64,000 nucleotides of DNA from Candidatus Kryptoniota bacterium (GCA_046706745.1 JBJKPC010000076.1:194091-258090); one strand, 5' to 3'. Positions 29,401 through 37,575 are shown, numbered from the stretch's first letter. Numbers and translations are program-made. Notes: generated from the letters alone by a model not told the origin.

Positions 29401-30841
29401 CCGTAAATCGCCCCGGTTCGTTCGGGGCCCCCATGAAGACCCTTTCTATTTCTTCAGCGGCTCTCTTGCGTTCGGACGGTATTATGAAATCTGTAAGGCT
29501 CGGTTTTGCGCCGCGCTCCCCGGCACTCACTCCGAAGATGTCGAGGCATGCACGGTTGGCGAAACTAATCTTGCGGGACTCGTCAATTTCAAAAACGGGC
29601 TGAGGAAGAAAGTCGGCCAGTTCCTTGAATCTGATTTCGCTCCTGCGTATCTCCTCGTCTCTCCTCTTTCGCTCAGTTGTGTCCTGAGCTGCACCATAGA
29701 TCTCCGTGACTCGTCCTGATGTCGATTCAATGACGGGCTTAGCCGAGTCCCTCAGCCACCGCAGCTCTCCGGAACGCGCAGCCACCCTGAACTCCGCGAC
29801 ATCAAATATCCCAGCTCTGACTTTCCTGAAATGCTCTCTCACGACGGGCAGATCCTGGTTGTACACACGGCTTTCAAAGCCGCCGCGCGGGTTAATTTCA
29901 TCCGGTGTCCGACCGAACATCTTTCCGAAAGTTTCCGAAACCCATTCCAACTTCAGCCCTCCGCCTTCAGTGACCCGAAAGACGTAAGCATAGTCGGAAA
30001 TCAGACTGGAAATGATCCGGTATCTTTCCTCGCTCTGCCTGAGAGCCTCCTGTTCACGCCGAAGTTCTCTCTTCTTCAGCGCATTTTCTAGAAGCGCCGG
30101 CAGCTTAAACTGATAGGACTCGGCCTTAAGAATATAATCGTCGGCACCGAGCTTCATCGCGAGTGCGGCTGTTTCCTGGTTGCCTTGATCAGCCAGAAAT
30201 ACTACCGGGATATCCAGCTGTCTGACAAGCCTCAGTTCTGTCATCAACTCCGGCATGTCCAAACCCGGAAGCTGGTAGTCGATCAGGAGAACATCGTAGG
30301 GGATGGTCTCACCAAAGACTTTTGATTTGAAATCCGCCGCCGAATTGACTACTTCACTCCGGATGTGATGTGCCTTTTCATCGAAGTACTCACTTACTAT
30401 CTTAACCGAATCCGCATCGTGGCTCGCAAAAAGGATTTCGAATCCGCCCCCGTTCTTCATTGAAGTTTTCCTGCGGGCTTCCAGGTTCTTCAACAATATG
30501 TTGGGCAGCTCTCTGTAATGTTTTCCGGACTTGACGACATAGTCGTCGGCACCGGCCTTCAGAGCGCCCACCGCAATTTCTTCATCTCCGAAGGCTGTCA
30601 GTATAACCACACAAATCGGAAGTTCCCGCTTCCTTATCTCAGCAAGAACTGACATACCCTGTCCGTCCGGTAGACGATAATCCACCAACGCCACATCATA
30701 TCTTACCCCATCCTTTAGCCTTTCCAAGGCTTCCCCGCAAGTCGATACGAGATCGATTTCGAATCCGGCATCGTTTTTTTCGAGTTCTCTCCGCGCCAAC
30801 TTCACATCAGCTTCGTTGTCCTCGACGTAGAGAATTCTCAT
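26480..30841 (-). CDS. Hybrid sensor kinase: REC-REC-multiple PAS-GAF-PAS-HisKA-HATPase_c-REC
   Basis: 1453 aa. REC1: MRILYVEDNE...VALVDYRLPDGQG. REC2: DVLLIDYQLPGLDM. H-box GQLTSGIAHDFNNVL, N-box ILNLAVNAGDAM, then DTGAGID and [10 protein letters not shown]-terminal REC: ILVVEDND...LVISDIVMPKLSG. Confidence 0.9.
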   Translation of the reverse strand: MRILYVEDNEADVKLARRELEKNDAGFEIDLVSTCGEALERLKDGVRYDVALVDYRLPDGQGMSVLAEIRKRELPICVVILTAFGDEEIAVGALKAGADDYVVKSGKHYRELPNILLKNLEARRKTSMKNGGGFEILFASHDADSVKIVSEYFDEKAHHIRSEVVNSAADFKSKVFGETIPYDVLLIDYQLPGLDMPELMTELRLVRQLDIPVVFLADQGNQETAALAMKLGADDYILKAESYQFKLPALLENALKKRELRREQEALRQSEERYRIISSLISDYAYVFRVTEGGGLKLEWVSETFGKMFGRTPDEINPRGGFESRVYNQDLPVVREHFRKVRAGIFDVAEFRVAARSGELRWLRDSAKPVIESTSGRVTEIYGAAQDTTERKRRDEEIRRSEIRFKELADFLPQPVFEIDESRKISFANRACLDIFGVSAGERGAKPSLTDFIIPSERKRAAEEIERVFMGAPNEPGRFTAMGKDGYTFPALVSTSTILRDSRVVGLRGILVDLTEITAANEALVASENRYRFLFESLADGFFMMDENGRFMQVNEAGCEKLGYAREEIIGQPVAKILAPEMIGTTENRVEQVIRDKTVTFESVHMKKDGTRIPVEVRSKTVMFAGKPVILSTARDLTERKKAEEAIGERNRQLKILSRATVKINSVLNVEEILRTLVISGVELVGATAGTVGLLENGVLSFREYYRSGKFAPIDVHFAPGEGTPGSVVASKRSRISNDSQKDPLVNRELHENFGIYNLIDVPILSRDGDVLGAFAIHNRKGGADFTDDDIEMLEGLAASAAVALENAKLIADMTRAEATVRESEEKFRTLVETSLVGVYIIQDGRFVYVNPAMAKIYGYTERELLTMSSVLDVVVEEDRPLVGENIRKRVDREIESLKYDFSCLTKTGRKIRVEVLGSRTMFYGAPAVIGTLEDITERKLAEELLRRSEERYRTLFEESIDAIYVTTPAGKFVDINGAGIKLFGFESKEEMLALENVNMLYDNPLEREEVNRGLEADGFIRDKIITVKRRDGTRLTVQDTATVLRDSDGKVVAYRGILRDVTEKKKLEEQLLQSQKLESLGQLTSGIAHDFNNVLGGIIGFTELALAKIGDDHPVNNYLLRIYGLADRAAKITKQLLAFARRQILMPKSLDVNGLLSELLELLERVLGEQIELRFVPNPDLSTILADPSQVEQVILNLAVNAGDAMPHGGTLTIETNNVVLDEFYCKSHPNVKPGEYVQIAVSDTGAGIDASVLERIFEPFFTTKEIGKGTGLGLSVVHGIIRQHGGTINVYSEVGRGSTFKVYFPAVNKPVDKEISQGGSLKDLSKGEETILVVEDNDELREFMDTLLSESGYTVLTAREGEDGIRVFEQHVQAISLVISDIVMPKLSGKELKEAVDGLRPGQKFLFISGYTDTTVHHSFILDDKVEFLQKPFTAFELSDKVRKILDRKTD

Positions 30842-31194
30842 CTGTCCGGCCTCACAGCCCTTCTATTTTCGTTTCAGGTTCCTTGAGAATGGAGCCTCGC
30901 CCTAATCGGTCTCCGTCCTCACGATTCGCTCACCTCTTTTCGAGCAACAGGGTCTACCAGTTGTCAGCGAATTCGGCGTTACCAGCAAGTTTCAGTTACA
31001 CGCTACGGGTCCCGTTCCCTAGACCGGGATACCTCCCGGCCCGGTCTCCCTTTGAATTCCGAAAGCGAACCGCCGAATGCTTCACTCCTATGACAACAAT
31101 TTTATGTAAATTCCCCGTGATTTTCAAACAAGGTTCACTATTTAAGGGTCAAGAGAAAAACCGGCACGGAGAGAAACCGTCAAAGTAGGCATAT

Positions 31195-31869
31195 CTATAT
31201 CGCGTAACGCCGCCTCCTGAAAATCCGAACCATCAGTATACCTGCAATAAATCCACCGACGTGCGCCCACCATGCAATTCCGCCGGACACGTCATGACCG
31301 ACAGACAGTATGCCGCTGAAAAATTGTATTGCAAACCAGAACCCGATGAAGAGGACCGCCGATATATCGATGATATCGAAGATGAAAAAGAGAGGGATGA
31401 GGGTGACGATTCTTGCCCGCGGAAACAATATCAGATATGCGCCGAGTACACCGGAAATAGCACCGCTTGCCCCAATCGTGGGAACCGATGATCCTGCAGA
31501 GAGATAAGTCTGGAGCGTTCCCGCCGCAAGCCCGCTGAGGACGTAGAATGCCAGATATTTCCTGTGACCGAGTTTGTCTTCTACATTGTCTCCGAAGATG
31601 AAGAGGAACCACATGTTTCCTATGATGTGGAGCCAGCCGCCGTGGATGAACATGGATGTGAAGAAAGGGATGTAACGTGCGATGACGTGAGTGTGGGTTG
31701 CGACGGCCTGGAAATAGCGGCTCGGCACAAGGCCGTACTTCACAAAGAATGTATCGAGCCCAGGACCGAGAGAGAGTTCATAGAAGAAAACCGCGACGTT
31801 TGCAGCGATGAGAAGGTAATTCACGAAGGGAAAACTGTGCGAGGGATTCTTGTCCTTTAGCGGGATCAT
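31195..31869 (-). CDS. Rhomboid family intramembrane serine protease
   Basis: HGGWLHIIGNMWFLFIFG (HxxxN) and the catalytic GASGAISGVLGAY, plus a later His in WAHVGGF. Six TM helices. Confidence 0.9.
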   Translation of the reverse strand: MIPLKDKNPSHSFPFVNYLLIAANVAVFFYELSLGPGLDTFFVKYGLVPSRYFQAVATHTHVIARYIPFFTSMFIHGGWLHIIGNMWFLFIFGDNVEDKLGHRKYLAFYVLSGLAAGTLQTYLSAGSSVPTIGASGAISGVLGAYLILFPRARIVTLIPLFFIFDIIDISAVLFIGFWFAIQFFSGILSVGHDVSGGIAWWAHVGGFIAGILMVRIFRRRRYAI

Positions 31870-31872
31870 ACG

Positions 31873-33201
31873 TTACCTCTCGCATTTGTACAGCCTGTTG
31901 AGTGCCGTCGCCAGATGGATTACTTCGATATTCAACCCGTCGTTCTTCGCCCCCGCGGCAATCTGTGCCAGACAACCCGGATTGCCCGTAATCACAGTCG
32001 AGGCGTCTGTCGCTTTTATGTTCGACAGTTTTCGTTCAAGAAGTTTCGACGCCTCGTCGTAGTGCACAATGTTATAAATGCCCGCACTTCCGCAGCACCA
32101 CGTCGCCTCCTCCATCTCCCGGTAGTTGTCTCCGGCTATTTCGCCGACAATCTTCTTCGGCTGCGAGCTTATCTTCTGTGTGTGGACAAGGTGACAGGGT
32201 TCATGATAAGTGACCTTCGTCCCGAATTTCGCTGCCGGCTTCCTGAAACCGGTCTCATATAGAAACTCGGAAAACTCCTTCACTTTCGAAGAAAACGCCT
32301 CAGCCCGCTTCGAATAAGCAGGATCATCAGAAAGCAGTCGTCCGTATTCCTTCATGAACGCAGAGCAGCCCGCCGAATTAACCACGTAATATTCAGCCCC
32401 GGTTTTTTCAAAGGCCGCTACGTTTCTCTTTGCGAGTGATTTCGGTAATTCATTATCGCCGATATGCCCGTTCACCGAGCCGCAGCACACCTGCTCATGC
32501 GGCACCGCGACGCGCCATCCGTTACGCGCGAGCACTTCGACGGTATCGATGTTTGCATCCGCAAACATTGCGTCCATCACGCAGCCGGTCAGCACCGCCA
32601 CGGTCCCGCGGCATTGCACCTCCGGCTCAGTGACTTCGGGAAGCACATCTATGGAAAACCTGTCGGACAATTTCGGCAGCAATCGCGCGCGCTTGAGAAC
32701 CCCCAGCGGAAACGCCTTCAGAAGGAGAAGGAGAATTTTCTCCAGGCCGGTCTTTTGGTATATGCGGAGGACAGAGGATGCGAAACGCAGTCCGCGTGTA
32801 CCGGCGAAATATTTCCGGAGCAAGAAGCGCTTCAGTTTGAATCCCTTCTTGTTCTCCTGAATGAACGCGCGTGCGGATTCAACCATTTCGCCGTACTGTA
32901 CTCCTGCCGGACAGGCAGTCTGGCAGGCCTGGCAGTCAAGACAGAAATTCATTTCGTACTCAAAAATGCCGGAAGCGGGGAGCGTCCCATCGATGACGCT
33001 CTTCATGAGACGGATACGTCCGCGCGGAGAGCTGCGCTCCATTCCGGTCAAGGCGTACGTGGGGCACACGGACAGGCAAAGACCACAGTGCATACACTGC
33101 GAGATCAGTTCATCGGAGATTCCAGGTACGAACGATTTGACGGGCTTTGCTGCTCTTGTCCGGACCGCATTTAGTTCAGAGTTGTGCCCGCTTACCCCCA
33201 T
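31873..33201 (-). CDS. glcF: Glycolate oxidase iron-sulfur subunit / (Fe-S)-binding CCG-domain protein
   Basis: CMHCGLCLSVCP and CLDCQACQTACP ferredoxin motifs, then two CCG-type Cys-rich domains (VCCGS, WCCGSAG). Confidence 0.8.
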   Translation of the reverse strand: MGVSGHNSELNAVRTRAAKPVKSFVPGISDELISQCMHCGLCLSVCPTYALTGMERSSPRGRIRLMKSVIDGTLPASGIFEYEMNFCLDCQACQTACPAGVQYGEMVESARAFIQENKKGFKLKRFLLRKYFAGTRGLRFASSVLRIYQKTGLEKILLLLLKAFPLGVLKRARLLPKLSDRFSIDVLPEVTEPEVQCRGTVAVLTGCVMDAMFADANIDTVEVLARNGWRVAVPHEQVCCGSVNGHIGDNELPKSLAKRNVAAFEKTGAEYYVVNSAGCSAFMKEYGRLLSDDPAYSKRAEAFSSKVKEFSEFLYETGFRKPAAKFGTKVTYHEPCHLVHTQKISSQPKKIVGEIAGDNYREMEEATWCCGSAGIYNIVHYDEASKLLERKLSNIKATDASTVITGNPGCLAQIAAGAKNDGLNIEVIHLATALNRLYKCER

Positions 33202-34676
33202 CAGAAATACGCCTCGGAAGGATCATTCATTTTCCCGGTGAATTTTTCGATTTGTTCCCTGCTCTTCGGGAGAGCGCCTTCGCAGCGCGGGCTCAGGGAA
33301 ATGATCTTACCCGGATTCAGTACGCAATTCGGATCGAGCATTTCTTTCGTCGTTTTCATGAGCCTAATGAACGGAGTGTCATACAGAGATTCCAGGAATT
33401 TCTTCTTTGCAAGGCCTACACCGTGCTCGCCCGTTATCGTACCGCCCAGGTCAACAGCCTTGCGGAATATTTCGTCGAACGCCTTTTCAATACGCCCGAT
33501 CTCCGCACGGTCGCGTTCGTCGGTAAGCCCGGTCGGATGAAGGTTGCCGTCGCCTGCATGGCCGAAGGTGCCGATGTTGATGTCGTTTTTCTTCGCCGTG
33601 ATGTTGATGAATTCCACCATCCTGGCCAGTTCACTTCGCGGGACAGTGGCATCTTCCAGGATCGTTGTCGGCCGGATCCTTGCAAGAGCGGCGAACGCGG
33701 ATTTTCTGGCGGCCTTCAGCTTAATCGCCTCCGCTTCATCCTTTGCCACCCTGACTTCTTTTGCTCCCGACTTTCTGCAAATTACTTCAATCGCCGCGGC
33801 ATCCTCCTCGACGGTAGAGCGCGCCCCGTCGACTTCGACAAGAAGGATTGCCCCCGTACTGGTCTCCAGGCCGAGGTGGGCGAAGTCTTCAACGGCACGG
33901 ATAGTGGAATTATCGAGAAACTCCAGCATAGCAGGCACTATTCGCGCAGCAGTTATTGCCTGGACAGTCCCGGCAGCGTCCGCTATCGAATCGTAAAACG
34001 CAAGAAGCGTCCTACTGGATTGAGGCAAAGGTATGAGCTTCAGAAGAATCCTGCTGAAAATTCCCAGCGTTCCCTCCGAACCGATGAGGACATCTTTCAG
34101 GTTGTAACCCGCAACATCCTTCATGTTCTTGCCGCCTACCCGCATCACTTCCCCGTTCGGAAGGACGACCTCAAATCCGAGCACATAATTCTTCGTGACA
34201 CCATACTTCAATCCACGGAGTCCTCCCGCATTCTCCGCAACGTTGCCGCCAAGAGTACATATTTGCGAGCTGCCCGGGTCGGGAGGATAGAACAGGCCTT
34301 GTGATTCGACCAATGCCTGAAACTTTCCGGTGACGACTCCCGGCTCGACCCATGCGGTGAGATTCTCTTTGTCGAGCTCGACAACTTTGTCCCACCGGTT
34401 CATTAGAAGGACAACCGAATTCTCGGAAGGTACTGATCCGCCGCTCAGCCCGGTCCCGGAGCCGCGCGGGATGACTGCGAACCTCTCGTTGTTTGCAAGC
34501 TGCATCAGCGACCGGAGCTGGTCTACCGACGAGGGGATAACGATTGCATCCGGAGGAGAGCTCAGCAGGGCCGTACCGTCATATGAATATGCAATCCGGT
34601 CCCCCATCGAATCGAGAAGGTTCGGTTTGCCGAAGATGTCCCTCAGTTTCTTCTTTACGGCGTCGCTGATCATCAT
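33201..34676 (-). CDS. glcD: FAD-linked oxidase, glycolate oxidase subunit D / D-lactate dehydrogenase family
   Basis: FAD-binding PCMH domain (VIPRGSGTGLSGGSVP) and C-terminal GTITGEHGVGLAKK. The start is probably one of the two ATGs at 34676/34673, just after AGGAGG. The stop overlaps the glcF start (TGATG). Confidence 0.85.
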   Translation of the reverse strand: MMISDAVKKKLRDIFGKPNLLDSMGDRIAYSYDGTALLSSPPDAIVIPSSVDQLRSLMQLANNERFAVIPRGSGTGLSGGSVPSENSVVLLMNRWDKVVELDKENLTAWVEPGVVTGKFQALVESQGLFYPPDPGSSQICTLGGNVAENAGGLRGLKYGVTKNYVLGFEVVLPNGEVMRVGGKNMKDVAGYNLKDVLIGSEGTLGIFSRILLKLIPLPQSSRTLLAFYDSIADAAGTVQAITAARIVPAMLEFLDNSTIRAVEDFAHLGLETSTGAILLVEVDGARSTVEEDAAAIEVICRKSGAKEVRVAKDEAEAIKLKAARKSAFAALARIRPTTILEDATVPRSELARMVEFINITAKKNDINIGTFGHAGDGNLHPTGLTDERDRAEIGRIEKAFDEIFRKAVDLGGTITGEHGVGLAKKKFLESLYDTPFIRLMKTTKEMLDPNCVLNPGKIISLSPRCEGALPKSREQIEKFTGKMNDPSEAYF

Positions 34677-35073
34677 TACCTCCTTCGTGAAATTTAAACA
34701 ATAGCGGGACAACTGAACACATCAAAAGAGGACACTCGTTCGAATTCTTCTAGAGAGAAGCCGTGGATTCCTCCGGTATTACACACACTGTATTCATGCT
34801 GTGCAGTTGTCCTGAAACGAGAGGCGGCACCCATTTGAACGAGAATGATGGCCGATTGCATATCGAGTGTCTATCCTCACCGCGCGTCGGTTGAGCAACC
34901 GCATTCGGGATTTGGCCGCACCTGACTAATTAAACTTCCATCTGTACAGGCCCCAGGGCCCGAGAGTTTAATGATGGGGATTGCCACGCCCGCCTTCGGC
35001 GGACTTGTCCGGTAGGACCCTCTGGGCAATGACGATAAGTTCTAGGTTTTAGCTAATGAGTCACTACCCCCTC

Positions 35074-35102
35074 TTGACAACGTCTCAGCCGATAGCTATA
35101 TT
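35074..35102 (+). promoter_or_regulatory. Sigma-70-type promoter candidate for the light-response operon
   Basis: TTGACA (35074-35079), a 17-nt spacer, then TATATT (35097-35102), located 39 nt upstream of the regulator ATG. Sequence-only prediction. Confidence 0.5.
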
Positions 35103-35105
35103 AAT

Positions 35106-35123
35106 CGTGCAAAACGTGCAAAA
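35106..35123 (+). promoter_or_regulatory. Tandem 9-nt direct repeat CGTGCAAAA x2, candidate operator
   Basis: Perfect tandem duplication immediately downstream of the -10 hexamer, between the promoter and the regulator start codon. Confidence 0.35.
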
Positions 35124-35140
35124 CAGGAATAACGCTTACA

Positions 35141-36031
35141 ATGAAAAACAACTATTCGACACGGGAACTGGCGGGAATGCTCTCGGTCAACGAATCCACG
35201 GTGAAGAGGTGGGCCGACAGCGGCTTTATCGAATGCGTCAAGACCAAAGGCGGGCACCGCAAATTTCCCATCAGGAGCGTACTGAAATTCGTCCACGAGA
35301 ACCGGATGAACGTACCGGACCTCTCCCTGGCCGAGTTCGACGAGAAGGATGTGCAGGCACATCTCAGTGCAGGTTTCGTAGATGTTCTCGTCTCCCCGCT
35401 CAAAACTGCCGCTCTCGAAGGAAACTCGGCAGAGGTGCAGCGAATCATGCGGACCGCCTTCGTGTCGCAGCCGGACGTCGTCACGCTCTACACACAGCTC
35501 CTCTTCCCTGCGCTCGTCGAGATAGGCAACGACTGGGCAGGCGGGAAGATCGGTGTGGACGGCGAGCATCTCGCCACCCAGGCGGTCAAGTCGGCGCTGC
35601 TTAGATTTCAATCGGAAATTCACGTAAAAGAGCCTATCGGGCTTTCGGCGGTCGTATCGTGCTTCGAAAGTGAAGCGCACGATATCGCTATAACGTGTAT
35701 AGCAAGTTTCCTTGTGTCCGAAGGATGGAATGTCTACCACCTCGGACAGGATATTCCCACCAAAGACCTCGCACTTTTCATCAAAGCGAAGAAGCCCAGG
35801 CTCGTAGCTTTGAGTGCCGATATCGTTCCCGATGAGCGGAAGTTCGTTTACGACGTGAACAACAGAATCGTCCCTTCCGCCAAAGCCGCGGGTGCAATGG
35901 TTGTCGTCGGAGGTTCACAAATACCGACGGGATTCAAAGGACGCCTCAAGTGCGATCTTCTCTCAGATAATATTTCCGACATCGTGCTCGTGCACGAGAA
36001 GCTTCTCGAAGAAAGGAGGATGCCTTCATGA
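35141..36031 (+). CDS. HTH (excisionase/MerR-superfamily) plus B12-binding transcriptional regulator, CarH/LitR-like photoreceptor candidate
   Basis: N-terminal HTH: YSTRELAGMLSVNESTVKRWADSG. W-x9-EH motif: NDWAGGKIGVDGEH. B12-binding pattern: EAHDIA (His ligand)...ALSAD...VVVGGS. Confidence 0.75.
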   Translation: MKNNYSTRELAGMLSVNESTVKRWADSGFIECVKTKGGHRKFPIRSVLKFVHENRMNVPDLSLAEFDEKDVQAHLSAGFVDVLVSPLKTAALEGNSAEVQRIMRTAFVSQPDVVTLYTQLLFPALVEIGNDWAGGKIGVDGEHLATQAVKSALLRFQSEIHVKEPIGLSAVVSCFESEAHDIAITCIASFLVSEGWNVYHLGQDIPTKDLALFIKAKKPRLVALSADIVPDERKFVYDVNNRIVPSAKAAGAMVVVGGSQIPTGFKGRLKCDLLSDNISDIVLVHEKLLEERRMPS

Positions 36032-36960
36032 TGAAGATAGCCGTAACAGGGGCAACCGGATTCATAGGACAGGGGCTAACGAGACTGCTCATAAGCCGGG
36101 GAAATGATGTTGCCGTCCTTTCCAGGAACGCGGCAAAGGCCCGCGCTATGTTCGACGGCAAAGTAAGGGCCTTCAGGTGGAGTCAGGACAATAAGGAGGA
36201 ACTCGTCCGGGAGCTCAACGGCACGGAGGCATTCGTAAACCTCGCCGGCGAAAACATCGGTTCTTCTCTATGGACTGAAGGCAAACGAAAAAGAATACTC
36301 GACAGCAGACTGGCTGCGGGCGCGCTTGCTACCGAGGTCATCATGTCGCTGTCAAGAAAGCCGGAAATACTCATACAGGCTTCAGCCGTCGGCTTCTACG
36401 GGTCGCGCGGCGATGAAAGCCTCGATGAGTCTTCGGCTGCAGGAGGCGGCTTTCTCGCGGAGGTTGTCCGCAAGTGGGAAGACTCCACGAAAGATGTCGA
36501 ATCCGCGGGCGTCAGACGGGCCGTCATAAGAAGCGGCGTCGTGCTCGCTTCTCACGGGGGAGCGCTGCCGAAACTCGCCATGCCATACACATTTTTCTTC
36601 GGAACGGTAATGGGCACCGGCAGGCAGTGGGTACCATGGATAGATTATTCCGACGAGCTTGAAGCGATCCGTTTCCTGCTCACCAACAACTTCGTGTCAG
36701 GCATTTACAACCTGACGGCGCCGAATCCGGCACAAATGGACGAGCTGTGCTCTGCGATCGGAGAAGCGCTTAGGAGACCGACCATCATGCACGTACCAGG
36801 CAGCGTGCTGAAGACGGTGATGGGCAAGATGGCCGAAGAGACGATCCTCCCGAGTCAGCGTGTCATTCCGGCGAGACTGGCTGAGGCGGGATTCAAGTTC
36901 AGCCGGGCCGGCATCAGGACGGCGATCGACGAAATCTTTTCACGCGGAGACGGAGACTGA
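36028..36960 (+). CDS. YfcH-like SDR-family NAD-binding protein (epimerase domain plus DUF1731-type C-terminus)
   Basis: MKIAVTGATGFIGQGL Rossmann motif; length and C-terminal region fit the YfcH family. ATGA overlap with the regulator stop. Confidence 0.65.
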   Translation: MMKIAVTGATGFIGQGLTRLLISRGNDVAVLSRNAAKARAMFDGKVRAFRWSQDNKEELVRELNGTEAFVNLAGENIGSSLWTEGKRKRILDSRLAAGALATEVIMSLSRKPEILIQASAVGFYGSRGDESLDESSAAGGGFLAEVVRKWEDSTKDVESAGVRRAVIRSGVVLASHGGALPKLAMPYTFFFGTVMGTGRQWVPWIDYSDELEAIRFLLTNNFVSGIYNLTAPNPAQMDELCSAIGEALRRPTIMHVPGSVLKTVMGKMAEETILPSQRVIPARLAEAGFKFSRAGIRTAIDEIFSRGDGD

Positions 36961-36967
36961 CAAACGC

Positions 36968-37279
36968 ATGCAGCACCTGATTTACCTGGCGGTCGATATG
37001 GTGATACTCCTTCCCTTCCTGGTGAAGTTGAAGGACCCAAGGCTCCGTCTGCTGCAACATCGTCGTTCAATTATTATCTCAACGCTCGTCGTCCTGACAG
37101 TATTTGTCGTCTGGGACATATTTGCGACACGAGCGGGAGTCTGGTCTTTCAATCCACGCTACATAGTCGGAATCGAAATCGCAGGCCTTCCCCTGGAAGA
37201 AATCTTGTTCTTCATCTCCGTACCCGTGACTTCCATTCTCGTGTGGGAGGCTACCGGCTTTTGGGGAGGGCGGAAATGA
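36968..37279 (+). CDS. crtYc: Lycopene cyclase domain protein (heterodimeric type, subunit 1)
   Basis: ~100-aa three-TM protein with GLPLEEILFF (PxEE motif). The start was set at MQHLIYLAVD. The track ORF start at 36860 overlaps the upstream gene. Confidence 0.7.
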   Translation: MQHLIYLAVDMVILLPFLVKLKDPRLRLLQHRRSIIISTLVVLTVFVVWDIFATRAGVWSFNPRYIVGIEIAGLPLEEILFFISVPVTSILVWEATGFWGGRK

Positions 37280-37575
37280 GTTACACACTAGCGGCAGTGC
37301 TTGCTGCAGCTGTCGCACTCATACTCGACCTGTTGGTGTTTCGGACGAAGATTATCAGAACCCGCCGCTACCTTCGGTTCATAGGCTTCATGACGATCGG
37401 ATTTCTTCTCTGCAATGGAATACTCACCGCCGTACCTGTCGTCACCTACAACCCGTCCGAGATGCTCGATGTCAGGTTTTTCACGATACCGATTGAAGAT
37501 TTCGTTTACGGTTTCGCATTGGTCACATCTACGATATCGATTTATGAGTTTATAAATAGAAAGGAATCGGAATGA
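37276..37575 (+). CDS. crtYd: Lycopene cyclase domain protein (heterodimeric type, subunit 2)
   Basis: ~100-aa TM protein with TIPIEDFVYGF (PxE[ED] motif). ATGA overlap with crtYc. Confidence 0.7.
   Translation: MSYTLAAVLAAAVALILDLLVFRTKIIRTRRYLRFIGFMTIGFLLCNGILTAVPVVTYNPSEMLDVRFFTIPIEDFVYGFALVTSTISIYEFINRKESE

Noticed and set aside
30920-31080. Cobalamin riboswitch assignment for the kinase leader
   Set aside because: Only loose similarity to the core (AAAGGGAG..., GACCCGTAGCGTGTAAC). I could not find a B12 box (GCCACTG / AGYCMGG-type). I also compared it from memory with the ykkC, ZTP, c-di-GMP, TPP, glycine and fluoride consensus motifs and found no fit. It is left unclassified.
30883-31188. 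101-aa plus-strand ORF in the rhomboid/kinase intergenic region
   Set aside because: It has no RBS, a Pro/Ser/Arg-rich composition, and lies opposite the surrounding operons. The region is better explained by the nested RNA helices described in the findings.
33147-34304. Long antisense ORFs (for example 385 aa opposite glcD, 358 aa at 58645-59721 opposite rpoN, 307 aa at 48366-49289 opposite the fucosidase, 285 aa at 38046-38903 opposite crtI)
   Set aside because: Each overlaps a gene with strong family motifs on the other strand. Their translations are Arg/Ser/Pro-biased with no domains. Long antisense ORFs are expected in moderately GC-rich coding DNA.
35056-35740. ORFs of 182 aa (+) and 214 aa (-) overlapping the B12-type regulator gene
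   Set aside because: These are alternative-frame or antisense products. The 296-aa frame carries the HTH, W-x9-EH and B12-binding motifs and is coupled by ATGA to the next gene.
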